A stretch of 44,619 bases of DNA from positions 1-44,619 of IMG/VR virus record IMGVR_UViG_3300020045_009036; one strand, written 5' to 3'. The notes below the pieces were generated by a model, which made no database searches, was not told the DNA's origin, and saw only the letters and a list, made by a program, of their open reading frames with translations. Of this stretch, positions 36,009 through 44,618 are shown piece after piece. Source of the DNA: a virus. Its lineage: Duplodnaviria > Caudoviricetes. The stretch's first letter is position 1; every line of letters begins with the position of its first letter. Position numbers and translations under genes: made by a program.

Positions 36009-36716
36009 TTACGCAACAAATTTCGCCGAAACGATTTTACCAATCGTATCCAATTTATTTTGCGGGTCATCTTTGATGACGTGATAACCCAAAATTTTCA
36101 ATTCACGAATGACGTGTTCAGGCGTTCCGACTAACACATCGGGTTCAATTGAATTGATGACCGTTGTACCCGCATGATTTGTCATCATCCAACGCAATCG
36201 TTGGTCGGCTGGCAACGCTAACATCATCGTCGCATATTCACCCCATGCAAGTGGTTTAGGTGGAACTTTTCGTAAACGCTCCAATTCACGTTTTGAAATT
36301 AGCGTCATGCGGTCATCAGTTGGAAGGTCACGCAAGGCGTTTGGAACGTGCTGATTTTTCGTAAAATAGAAATCCTCCAAACGGTCTTGAACTGCCCAAG
36401 CGTTGTCGGTGTCCAAAATTTTAGCGTGGCGAACTGTGCCGCGTTCTGTCCAAAGGTATAAACTTTTCGTGAATTTATTGATTATTAGCTGACCAACTTT
36501 CAGTTGGTTAGCTTTGAAAGCTCTTAAATCTGCGCCTTTCAGTAAAAAATAATGCACACCTTCGATAAATCGACTGGCATTTCTAGCGAAGTTCATTTGA
36601 ATGTTATCAATTGCTGTACCGTAAATTTCAGCAAGCAATTCGGTTGTGATGACAGGTTGATTTTGCCACATGATGGCGGGGAGTGTTTCTGGAGTTACTG
36701 CAATTGAATTAGTCAT
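36009..36716 (-). CDS. ORF6N-domain antirepressor-like protein
   Basis: QPVITTELLAEIYG...NF.RN..RFIEGVHYF.L...LYLWTERG..RHAKILDTD.AW.V...LED.YF. Confidence 0.88.
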   Translation of the reverse strand: MTNSIAVTPETLPAIMWQNQPVITTELLAEIYGTAIDNIQMNFARNASRFIEGVHYFLLKGADLRAFKANQLKVGQLIINKFTKSLYLWTERGTVRHAKILDTDNAWAVQDRLEDFYFTKNQHVPNALRDLPTDDRMTLISKRELERLRKVPPKPLAWGEYATMMLALPADQRLRWMMTNHAGTTVINSIEPDVLVGTPEHVIRELKILGYHVIKDDPQNKLDTIGKIVSAKFVA

Positions 36717-36872
36717 TTCTGACTCCTATTTGTTTTTACTAAATTAAGCCACCGAAGTGGCGGTTAGGAGCTTAGTAACAGTCAAAAAGGATACTGCGAC
36801 AGATATTCAATATATTCTCTGCCACTCCTAACGCGCTGGCGCAATTTTACCATTAAATAGCGAATTGCAAAA

Positions 36873-36947
36873 ACTGGTAGGTACAAAAAAACCGCGTGAT
36901 TATCGTATGCGGGTAACGCCTTTTAGACTGGTTACTAAGCCAGTGCT
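36873..36947 (-). ncRNA. c4-like antisense RNA (cassette 2)
   Basis: TTGACA-17 bp-TAACAT promoter (36995-36967); GCTTAGTAACCAGTCTAAAAGG is near-complementary to the downstream CCTTTTTGACTGTTACTAAGC (36790-36770); GCGGTTTTTTTGTACC tail. Confidence 0.65.
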
Positions 36948-36999
36948 TTCACTTGAAAGCGGGGGGATGTTAAACCCGCATGATGAGCTTGTCAAACTG

Positions 37000-37167
37000 T
37001 TACATTAGCTTTCTTTTTTCAGCTTCCGCGATTAGCTCTGTAAGTCGCAATTGTAATTCTTGTGAATTCATAATTTTTGCATCATGCGTGAGCTGGTAAA
37101 TTTCACGGATTAAATCCGTATCGTGTTGCGTGATTTGTTTTGCACCAATTGGTTCAGATTGTTCCAT
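37000..37167 (-). CDS. 55-aa hypothetical protein (not in ORF track)
   Basis: MEQSEPIGAKQITQHDTDLIREIYQL...KRKLM*; fills the gap in the operon. Confidence 0.55.
   Translation of the reverse strand: MEQSEPIGAKQITQHDTDLIREIYQLTHDAKIMNSQELQLRLTELIAEAEKRKLM
37141..37156 (-). repeat. 16-bp quasi-palindrome copy 2
   Basis: TGCACCAATTGGTTCA on the plus strand. Confidence 0.9.
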
Positions 37168-37357
37168 TTTGGAGTTCCCGTCGAATGTGCATCATTTTTT
37201 CTAAATACACACAAAAATCCATGGCTTCGTCTTGGGCGTGTTGTAACCGTTCATCAAAAATTAAATCTTCGCGTTCCATTGAAACGCCGTATTTATTCAA
37301 GCCAAATTCAGCGCGTTCTTTTATTTTTTCGCAAACTACATCTTCAATTTTGCTCAT
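37154..37357 (-). CDS. small all-alpha protein, MazG/nucleotide pyrophosphohydrolase-like
   Basis: Start MSKIED with AGGAG RBS; R...G..KYG...R.DL....LQHAQDEAMD..VYLEK. Confidence 0.5.
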   Translation of the reverse strand: MSKIEDVVCEKIKERAEFGLNKYGVSMEREDLIFDERLQHAQDEAMDFCVYLEKMMHIRRELQNGTI

Positions 37358-37370
37358 GTGGGTTTTCTCC

Positions 37371-37862
37371 TTAATACGGAACATCATCGTTATAACGTGG
37401 TGGCGTACCATTTCTTGCGGCTTGATACGCCGCGCCGCTTTGTTGTGGCGGTGGCTGTTGATATTGTGGCGCAGGTTGTGGTGCATAAGCCGCTGGCGGA
37501 TACGGGTCTGCTTGGTGACTTTCATAAGCGGATTGTTGATTTTCAGAACGTTTACCGCCGACTAAATCCAAAATATCAGCGTTCACTTCGAGTTGAAAAC
37601 CTTTTGTACCATCGTTTTTCGTATATTCATTGACGTTTAACTCACCAGAAATAAATACAGCTTGTCCTTTCTTGAGATATTCAGCCAATGAACCTTCTGC
37701 GCGTTTTCCCCATAAGACAACACGAAGCCAGTTTGTTTTTTGTTTATCACCAAAGCCCGTATTGTTGGCAACCGATACATTTAAAACGGCTTGACCACTG
37801 GGTGTGTATTTGACGGTTGCATCTTGACTGACGTTACAGACAGCGGAAAAAACATTACTCAT
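37371..37862 (-). CDS. ssb: single-stranded DNA-binding protein
   Basis: WLRVVLWGKRAE...YLKKGQAVFISGEL; acidic tail DDVPY. Confidence 0.92.
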   Translation of the reverse strand: MSNVFSAVCNVSQDATVKYTPSGQAVLNVSVANNTGFGDKQKTNWLRVVLWGKRAEGSLAEYLKKGQAVFISGELNVNEYTKNDGTKGFQLEVNADILDLVGGKRSENQQSAYESHQADPYPPAAYAPQPAPQYQQPPPQQSGAAYQAARNGTPPRYNDDVPY

Positions 37863-38293
37863 GCGCTAACACCCGTTGAACCAAAGCCACCCGTGTCACG
37901 GTCTGTTTTATTGAGTGCATCGACCTCAATAAAACTAACTAATTCCACTTTGCTAATCACCATTTGCGCGATTTTGTCACCACGTTTAAAACTGTGTGGT
38001 TCGTTGTCAAAATTCTTTAAAATCACACCGATTTCGCCACGGTAACTGCTATCAATTGTGCCTGGTGAATTTAAAACCGTGATGCCTTGCTTTAAAGCTA
38101 AACCAGAACGCGGGCGGATTTGCATTTCGTAACCTGTTGGTATTTCGATTGCAATGCCTGTTTTAATCAGCGCGTGTTCACCAACCAATAAGGTAAAATC
38201 GTCAATGCAATGCAAATCCATTCCTGAATCAGTTGCATAAGCGCGTTGTGGAATAATCGCGTTTTCTTGAAGTTTTTGAATTTTAAAAATCAT
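37859..38293 (-). CDS. dut: trimeric dUTPase
   Basis: GMDL, RPRSGLA, GTIDSSYRGE, GDKIAQ, R..GGFGSTG motifs. Confidence 0.95.
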   Translation of the reverse strand: MIFKIQKLQENAIIPQRAYATDSGMDLHCIDDFTLLVGEHALIKTGIAIEIPTGYEMQIRPRSGLALKQGITVLNSPGTIDSSYRGEIGVILKNFDNEPHSFKRGDKIAQMVISKVELVSFIEVDALNKTDRDTGGFGSTGVSA

Positions 38294-38305
38294 ATTTAAA
38301 GCCTC

Positions 38306-38515
38306 TTATCGTTGATGTTGTGGGTAATGCGTGCTTTCAAGTGATTCGGTTAAACCACAATCGACACATTTTTTTTCTTTTGTCGATTCGTAGCGTGCAA
38401 AGTTTGGATGTTCACATTCATCATCTTTATCGTGTCTGACAACATAATTAACAAACCAAAAGATGATAAATATGAAAACAACTGCAAACCAAAAAGCTGC
38501 TGATAAACTCATTAT
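38306..38515 (-). CDS. small TM protein with Cys/His motif
   Basis: Hydrophobic N-terminus, then CEH...CVDCG. Confidence 0.55.
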   Translation of the reverse strand: MMSLSAAFWFAVVFIFIIFWFVNYVVRHDKDDECEHPNFARYESTKEKKCVDCGLTESLESTHYPQHQR

Positions 38516-38525
38516 TACGTCCTCG

Positions 38526-38777
38526 TTATCTAAAATTTTTAACAATTTTGTACACGCTATTGACCGTTAAACTGAATTCACGCGCAATTCGTGCTGGCGC
38601 AACGCCCTGGGTGTGAAGTTTTGAAATCTGAGCATTACGTTCTTCAAACGGGATCGCAACATAAACACTACTGCCGCCAAACGGATTTAGTAATTCACAG
38701 GTAATTTTATTTATCATGTCGTTATCGTCGGTGTATTGGCTAACCACTTTTTTAACGTGTTCATTAAATTCACTCAT
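38526..38777 (-). CDS. Mor/C-like transcription activator
   Basis: FGGSSVYV...ERNAQI......IAREFSLT..SVYKIV. Confidence 0.7.
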   Translation of the reverse strand: MSEFNEHVKKVVSQYTDDNDMINKITCELLNPFGGSSVYVAIPFEERNAQISKLHTQGVAPARIAREFSLTVNSVYKIVKNFR

Positions 38778-40660
38778 TTAAGATAGCTCGATTGTTTTTT
38801 GATGATGGTTTTTTTAGGCGGTGCAACAGGTGACAAATTTTCACCCGTTGCACCAATTGGTTCAGATTTGGTAATTTCACCGACTAATTCTGCCCATTTT
38901 GCTTTCGTGTAATGATGCAAACGCAATTCGTGATGATGCGCGGCGGCATAAGCGTAGACGTAAGTATCAAGCGGTTCATTTCGCGCCCCGCGTTTGTTCA
39001 CAAAACGCCCTGTTTTTGGGTCGAATGTTTCAGAGGTGAAACCTGCGAAAAATTCACGCTCTAATTGTTCGCTGAAATGCAAGGCGCGTTCATCCGTTTC
39101 TTTGTCGGCATCGGCAGATAAACGAGCAAAGATTTTGTGTTTGATTTGAATCGTGCCGACGTGTTGAATGTGAACGCCAAACTTGTTGAGTTGTCCGCGA
39201 AAATTTACGTCGGTGGCTTTGGGTTTTGAAAGCACAGGCGCGGTGGTTGACGTTGCACCAAAAATAGCTAACGGGCGTTTGATTTGTTTGCGGCGCACAT
39301 AATCCTTGACGGCTTCGGTTCGATGTCCACCTGCGTCAATAGCCGTTGCAATAATTGCTAGTTTTTTGCCGTTTTCACATTCGATGGGCGTGTTGAGTAA
39401 TTTGGTGAGTTCATTCCAAACATGATCCTCAGCAGGGTCGCCGAGTAATTCAACGTAATCCAACACCCACGATTTCATGCCAACGCCCCAGCCAACAATT
39501 TGTACGGCAATGCGGTTGTCTTGGGTATCTACGCCACACGTTATTGCGCCAACGCCATACGGTGCAATGCGTAGCGGATAGTTTTCAGCGCGTTCAGCAA
39601 TCACATTCATTTTGATTGAACGCATGAGCGGGTCTTCAAAGGCTTCCGCTAAATAATCATTGATAAAGGTTTTTAATCGCGCGGTATCGCCTTGGCAATC
39701 AAGCCACATTTCAACCAATTCAACCCAGCGAATACCTAAACCAATCGGGTAATAAAGACAATTTGCCGTGTAACCGCGTAATTTACCATTGGGATTTTCA
39801 GCAACCCAACGACCGCGTGCGATTAAATCTGTTTTTTGATGTTCGTAAATTTCGCCTTCGCATTCACGGCAAACATAACGCACATTGGTTGCGCCTTTTT
39901 CCCATTTCAGATTTTGCCAAACTAACGGTTGTTCATGGTTGCAGTGTGGACAAGCAATGTAATAGCGGCGTTGGTCAGATTTTTCATAGAGTTGTTCCGT
40001 GCGGCTTAAACCTTTGATTTGTGGCGTGGACGCAAACAACACTTTGTATGTTGATCGGTAAGAGGTTGTGCGACCAAGTAACATATCAACAGGATCATCC
40101 GCGCCCGATAAGTTTTGCGCGAAAGTGTCTAATTCATCCACTAACAGAATTTTGACTGCCGTGGATTTGAGACGGGCGGGTGAGCCTGCGTGTTCTAAAT
40201 ACAGTTGCCCACCGTTGAAGTCTTTGAACCACTTGGTATTTGCACTTTCGCGACTGGCGTTGGTGGTGAGAATTTCAGTAACGAGCGGGGTTTCTTCAAT
40301 CAACGGTTTTAATTTTTGATTGTTGAATTTGGTCATCGACACTTCGGACGGGAAACACAGCATCATCGGCGCGGGAGCTTCAACCATCGTGTACGCCATG
40401 ATGTTGCTGAGTATTTCTGATTTTCCGATTTGAATCGGCAGCATTAAAACTACTTGCTGCACATTTGAGCGCGACGAAAAGCAATCCATGATTTCGCGTT
40501 GAATTGGATTGCTATCGGTTCGCCATGCACCCGCTTTGCCCGACGTTTTATTCGACAACACGCGATACAAATCCGCCCATTCGCTCACGCTGATATGTTT
40601 GCGTGGGGCGAATGCACGCGAAAGCGCGTTGTAGATTTTTTCTTTGGCGTTTAAGTACAT
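38774..40660 (-). CDS. terL: terminase large subunit, lambda GpA family
   Basis: SVSEWAD, QIGKSE Walker A, LLVDELD, STP, CPHC, GVDTQD, RNEPLD. Confidence 0.95.
   Translation of the reverse strand: MYLNAKEKIYNALSRAFAPRKHISVSEWADLYRVLSNKTSGKAGAWRTDSNPIQREIMDCFSSRSNVQQVVLMLPIQIGKSEILSNIMAYTMVEAPAPMMLCFPSEVSMTKFNNQKLKPLIEETPLVTEILTTNASRESANTKWFKDFNGGQLYLEHAGSPARLKSTAVKILLVDELDTFAQNLSGADDPVDMLLGRTTSYRSTYKVLFASTPQIKGLSRTEQLYEKSDQRRYYIACPHCNHEQPLVWQNLKWEKGATNVRYVCRECEGEIYEHQKTDLIARGRWVAENPNGKLRGYTANCLYYPIGLGIRWVELVEMWLDCQGDTARLKTFINDYLAEAFEDPLMRSIKMNVIAERAENYPLRIAPYGVGAITCGVDTQDNRIAVQIVGWGVGMKSWVLDYVELLGDPAEDHVWNELTKLLNTPIECENGKKLAIIATAIDAGGHRTEAVKDYVRRKQIKRPLAIFGATSTTAPVLSKPKATDVNFRGQLNKFGVHIQHVGTIQIKHKIFARLSADADKETDERALHFSEQLEREFFAGFTSETFDPKTGRFVNKRGARNEPLDTYVYAYAAAHHHELRLHHYTKAKWAELVGEITKSEPIGATGENLSPVAPPKKTIIKKQSSYLK
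38849..38864 (-). repeat. 16-bp quasi-palindrome copy 3
   Basis: TGCACCAATTGGTTCA in the disordered C-terminal tail of TerL. Confidence 0.9.
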
Positions 40661-41239
40661 TTACGCCGCCCCCAATTTCTTAAACAGTTGTGAAAGTTCA
40701 GTTAAAAAACTTTCGTTGTAATCGCGCATCATGGATTTAATGCGGCTTGCATCCGATTCAACAGCAAGTTGTTCGGCTAAAATGTCGGGCTGTGCTTCAA
40801 AACGTGTGCGAATGATTGCCGCCGCACCTGTGATGGCTTTTAAAACATCCTCTGCAACCAGTAACAAACCTGTCGATTGTTCAAATTCTTGTTTGGCTTT
40901 TGCTGCTTTGAATTTTTCATGTTGCGTTTTGTAATCGTGATACGAGCCTTCAACAATGTCAGTGGTGTTATCGAATGCACCAATTGGTTCAACGTCGTCA
41001 TCGTTTTCGGCTTCAATTTTTGAGGCTTTTGCGGCGCGGGCTTTTTCGTGTCGTTCAACAACACCCGCTTTTGATAAATCCGCGCTTTCTGCCATCAACT
41101 TGAGCGACGCATCCACGACAATCTTTTTGCCGCTTTCGTCATAAACTAATCGTCCTAATTTGCCCAAATACGTCACATAAGACGGTTTTTTGTTTAACAG
41201 ACGTGCGAATTCGCTTTTTGTGACGATGTTTTCAGTCAT
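40661..41239 (-). CDS. terS: terminase small subunit (Nu1-like)
   Basis: N-terminal wHTH (TKSEFARLL..KPSYVT.L...GRL), coiled coil; abuts terL. Confidence 0.8.
   Translation of the reverse strand: MTENIVTKSEFARLLNKKPSYVTYLGKLGRLVYDESGKKIVVDASLKLMAESADLSKAGVVERHEKARAAKASKIEAENDDDVEPIGAFDNTTDIVEGSYHDYKTQHEKFKAAKAKQEFEQSTGLLLVAEDVLKAITGAAAIIRTRFEAQPDILAEQLAVESDASRIKSMMRDYNESFLTELSQLFKKLGAA
40976..40991 (-). repeat. 16-bp quasi-palindrome copy 4
   Basis: TGCACCAATTGGTTCA in the acidic linker of TerS. Confidence 0.9.
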
Positions 41240-41411
41240 TGTTTATTTTCTGCGTATTCACGAAGAAGTTTTAATGCGATAAGCGCGTGCATTTGCGCCT
41301 GACTTTTTTCTGAGTGCATATCATTTTTCATTTCTGGCTTAAATGTTATTTTTACATTTATGTTTTCGCCGTCTTCGTGATCTGTGAATGTAATTATTGC
41401 TGTTGCCATTT

Positions 41412-41648
41412 TTACCCCCCGTTCGAGCGAATAGTTTTCATAATTTCACGCACAGGCGTGATTTCATATTCAATAGCAAGTTCTAAATCTTTTATTGATT
41501 CAGCCAAATTGACTGCTAATTGTTTGGCTACTGAATGTGAACAAACAATTACTGTTTCTTCATTTGTTCCATTGCTTGTTGCTGTACCAATCTTGATTTG
41601 AATATCACTGGCGGTCAGGTTTATTGCTATTTCGTTAAAGTAAATCAT
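41412..41648 (-). CDS. hypothetical protein
   Basis: Operon packing with ATGA overlaps. Confidence 0.55.
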   Translation of the reverse strand: MIYFNEIAINLTASDIQIKIGTATSNGTNEETVIVCSHSVAKQLAVNLAESIKDLELAIEYEITPVREIMKTIRSNGG

Positions 41649-41833
41649 TCTGCAATATCGCTATCTGTTCTGTAGCTTGTTAATTTTTCGTAATCTTTGC
41701 GGTTCAAAATAATGTCTACTTTTGCTGGTCTTGAATGTCTAACACTTACTCGATTCACAAAGCGACGTATAAAAACAATTGTTTTATAAGCATCTTTCTT
41801 TGCATGATTGAGTTTTTTAAATCCTATACTCAT
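41645..41833 (-). CDS. hypothetical protein
   Basis: Operon packing. Confidence 0.5.
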   Translation of the reverse strand: MSIGFKKLNHAKKDAYKTIVFIRRFVNRVSVRHSRPAKVDIILNRKDYEKLTSYRTDSDIAE

Positions 41834-42120
41834 TCCGCAATCTCCCCATCAGTCATAAACCCATATTTCGCTTCAAATTCGCTTTTAGTCAGTTTGCAAA
41901 CATCGATGTACGCCTCACACTCCCCCAGCGTTTTGCAATAGATTTCGCTGTCATCATCATCACAAGTCACAACAAAACCAGCGAAAGGAGTGACTTTCAT
42001 TCTTAGTGAAGCGGCTTGTTTGTCTAATTCTCTTTTAAACATCTTTAAAAATGTTTTGGGATAGTCCGCAACAAAATCAGCTAGTGGATATTCTTTTTGC
42101 AGCTTTTCTTTAATGTTCAT
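41830..42120 (-). CDS. hypothetical protein
   Basis: First ORF after the iteron array. Confidence 0.55.
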   Translation of the reverse strand: MNIKEKLQKEYPLADFVADYPKTFLKMFKRELDKQAASLRMKVTPFAGFVVTCDDDDSEIYCKTLGECEAYIDVCKLTKSEFEAKYGFMTDGEIAE

Positions 42121-42156
42121 TTTTCTTTTTTTGTTTAAAAAATATAAAAATAATAA

Positions 42157-42401
42157 TGTGTCGAGTGTGTGTCAGGTCTGTGTCAGGTCTGTGTCGAGTA
42201 CGAAACATAGCAACTGCGGGGTCTGTGTCGAGTGTGTCGAGTGAAATGCAAACTACGCGCATGAGAATGTTTTGTGGCTTGATTAAATCGCTTACACACA
42301 TACGCGCACGCGATAACCCGACACACTCGACACAATCCAGTAATAACGCGGGTTTTCAACCCGACACATACTCGACACAACCCCGACACATACTCGACAC
42401 A
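42157..42401. repeat. mirror-symmetric iteron array, probable replication origin
   Basis: Six TGTGTC (42157, 42168, 42179, 42190, 42224, 42233) face six GACACA (42320, 42329, 42363, 42374, 42385, 42396); adjacent AT-rich tract; directly downstream of the primase. Confidence 0.8.
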
Positions 42402-42402
42402 A

Positions 42403-44618
42403 TTAGTCATAAGTACCACCTTTGTAGGCTTTTACGGCTAATTTGAAATTGGCAACGCATTTACCCAACCATGCTGATTCTGATTCTGACGGCGGCAATT
42501 CAATTCCATTTGGCGGATAAAGTAGTTTTTGTGGGTTTTTAGTCATGCCTACGCCTTCGATGTAACGCTTGCATTTCTTTTCAACGCCGCATGACTTAAC
42601 CAATTGCGCGACCACTTTTGAAATATCGGTGCTGTGAAAACCATTTTTTAAACACCAGGCGCGATAGAGTTCATAAACATCTGTTGAAAGGGCTGGCTGT
42701 ACTTGGACATCATCCAATTCGCCGCCCACCCATGAAAAAAAAAACGCTGAATTGGATTGCGGTTTAAGTCGATAAGCTCTTTTTTATCGTCGGTATCAAC
42801 GGGCTTTGTGTGTTCGTTAAAATCGCCACAATCCAAATGCAATAGGTAATGATAAAAAGCCGACACGCCGCCGTTTTTGATTTCAGCGGCAACGGACCTG
42901 TAAAAATCGTCATCCTGCTTGCCCTTAATCCAAAACACCGAATGACGGCGGTCATCTTGTTCTAGCACGACGGGTTGAATTTCGTTTGATAGATAAACCA
43001 TGTTGAACTGATTTTTTTCAAAATAATCAGGCAGGTTTTTTGGATTGATGCGAATGGTATCGCCCGTGATAATCGCTTTGAGTTTGTTTTTGAGTTGGAA
43101 TAAATCGTGTCGGGCAATCACTTCGTCAGCGATTAAAAACAATTTTCCCGATACCCAAGTGTTGAATTTGTCTTCGATTGCCGATTGATCAATCACTTTT
43201 GCGTATCGCCCATAAATGGCGGCATACGCTTCAAAAAATAGATTTTTACCCGTGCCTTGACCACCGTGAAACACCAGTGACGTTTTCAATTTTGCGCCTG
43301 GGTGTTGCAACGGATACGCGAGCCATTTCAAAACATATTGATAATGCGCCAAGTTTTCATTGACCAAAAAGAACAACAAATCTTTGATTAAATCGCATTG
43401 CCCTTGAATCGGTTGCGTAGGCATACCGTTCCAAATGTTGTACTTAATCGACGTGTCGGTGTCGGAAGCGTCAAACCCAAATTCTTCAATTTTACCCACC
43501 ACTCTATCGCCACGTTCACGCCACCGACCCATCAATTCACGCGAGCGGCACAAGTCCTCAATGTCTTTTTTGAGAATCAACTTGCGCTCTTTATGGTCAA
43601 AGAACGTGCTTTTTTGCCCTTCGAGCAATGTAAATCGCTGCAAAATGTCATTCACTGACGATAGCAATGTAGCGAAACCATCACTTTCCCCCGCCCCCTC
43701 GCTGTGACGCGCCCCGCCTTGAACACGCCAGCCTTTCGCGGCAATCGCTTGTTCGACTTGAAAACGCACCGTGGCAAGGGACTCGACGTGCATTAAGTCG
43801 TTGAAGTCGGTTAATTTGCCTTGATTTTTCTGATATGACAGGAAACGGGCGGCATTATCAGCAAAAACGGGATAAACCACGCCGCAAGCGTGTGTCATGG
43901 CGGCTAAATTTGCTCGTTCGATACCTGTATTTTTCTTGGTATGTGGCTTGCCACATTGGTGACAAAAGGTAGGATTGATTTCTAAATCAATTAACGTCTT
44001 GCACTCGCGGCACGTTGCCAGTGAATCGTTGTCAGCGCAGATAAGAAAATGGATGTTGCGGTAATGTTTTTTGAGAGCCGCAATCACAGGTTCAATGTTG
44101 TTGGCATCAAACGCACAAGCAACGGGAAAACCTGTTGCTTCGTGAAGTGTGGCTGCGGTCGCGTAACCTTCGGCGACCAAGACGATATTGGTAGGTGATC
44201 CGATTAAGTGAAAATGTCCTTTTTTCGCCATGCCTGACGGATAAAATTCTTTATCCCGTCCAAGTTTTTCAATGCGATCCTTGCTGACCTTTGAATCCAA
44301 TATGATTTGTAGCCCGTGAACTTTGCCGCGTGTGTCAGTGACGGGAATGATAAGCGAGTTTTTTTCACTGAATTTTACGCCGTAAGCACCAATGCCTTTT
44401 TTGTGTAAATAATCACAATCGCCGTCAACGGACATTTTACCCAATAAGTGTTCAGCGGCTTGGGCGCAACGTTCAGCACGTTGTTTTTGTTCGGCTTCAA
44501 TGCGTTTTCTGTCATCGGCAGCACGCTTACGCATGGCTTCTTGTTGTTCGGCTGTGAAAACGTAGCCGTCTTTGTCAAGTTCAACTTTTTGAGTATTTTT
44601 TTCAGCACCTAACCATTC
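42403..44618 (-). CDS. Toprim primase - SF3 (D5/P4-alpha-like) helicase, 5'-truncated by the window, frameshifted at an A10 run
   Basis: AEGYATA, ICADND and TDFNDL Toprim motifs; GGQGTGKN Walker A, LIADE Walker B; frame open to the window end; C-terminal wHTH (VYELYRAWC) lies in another frame after 42735-42744. Confidence 0.88.

Noticed and set aside
42110-42446. Cys/Arg/Val-rich ORFs on both strands
   Set aside because: They are translations of the TGTGTC iteron array.
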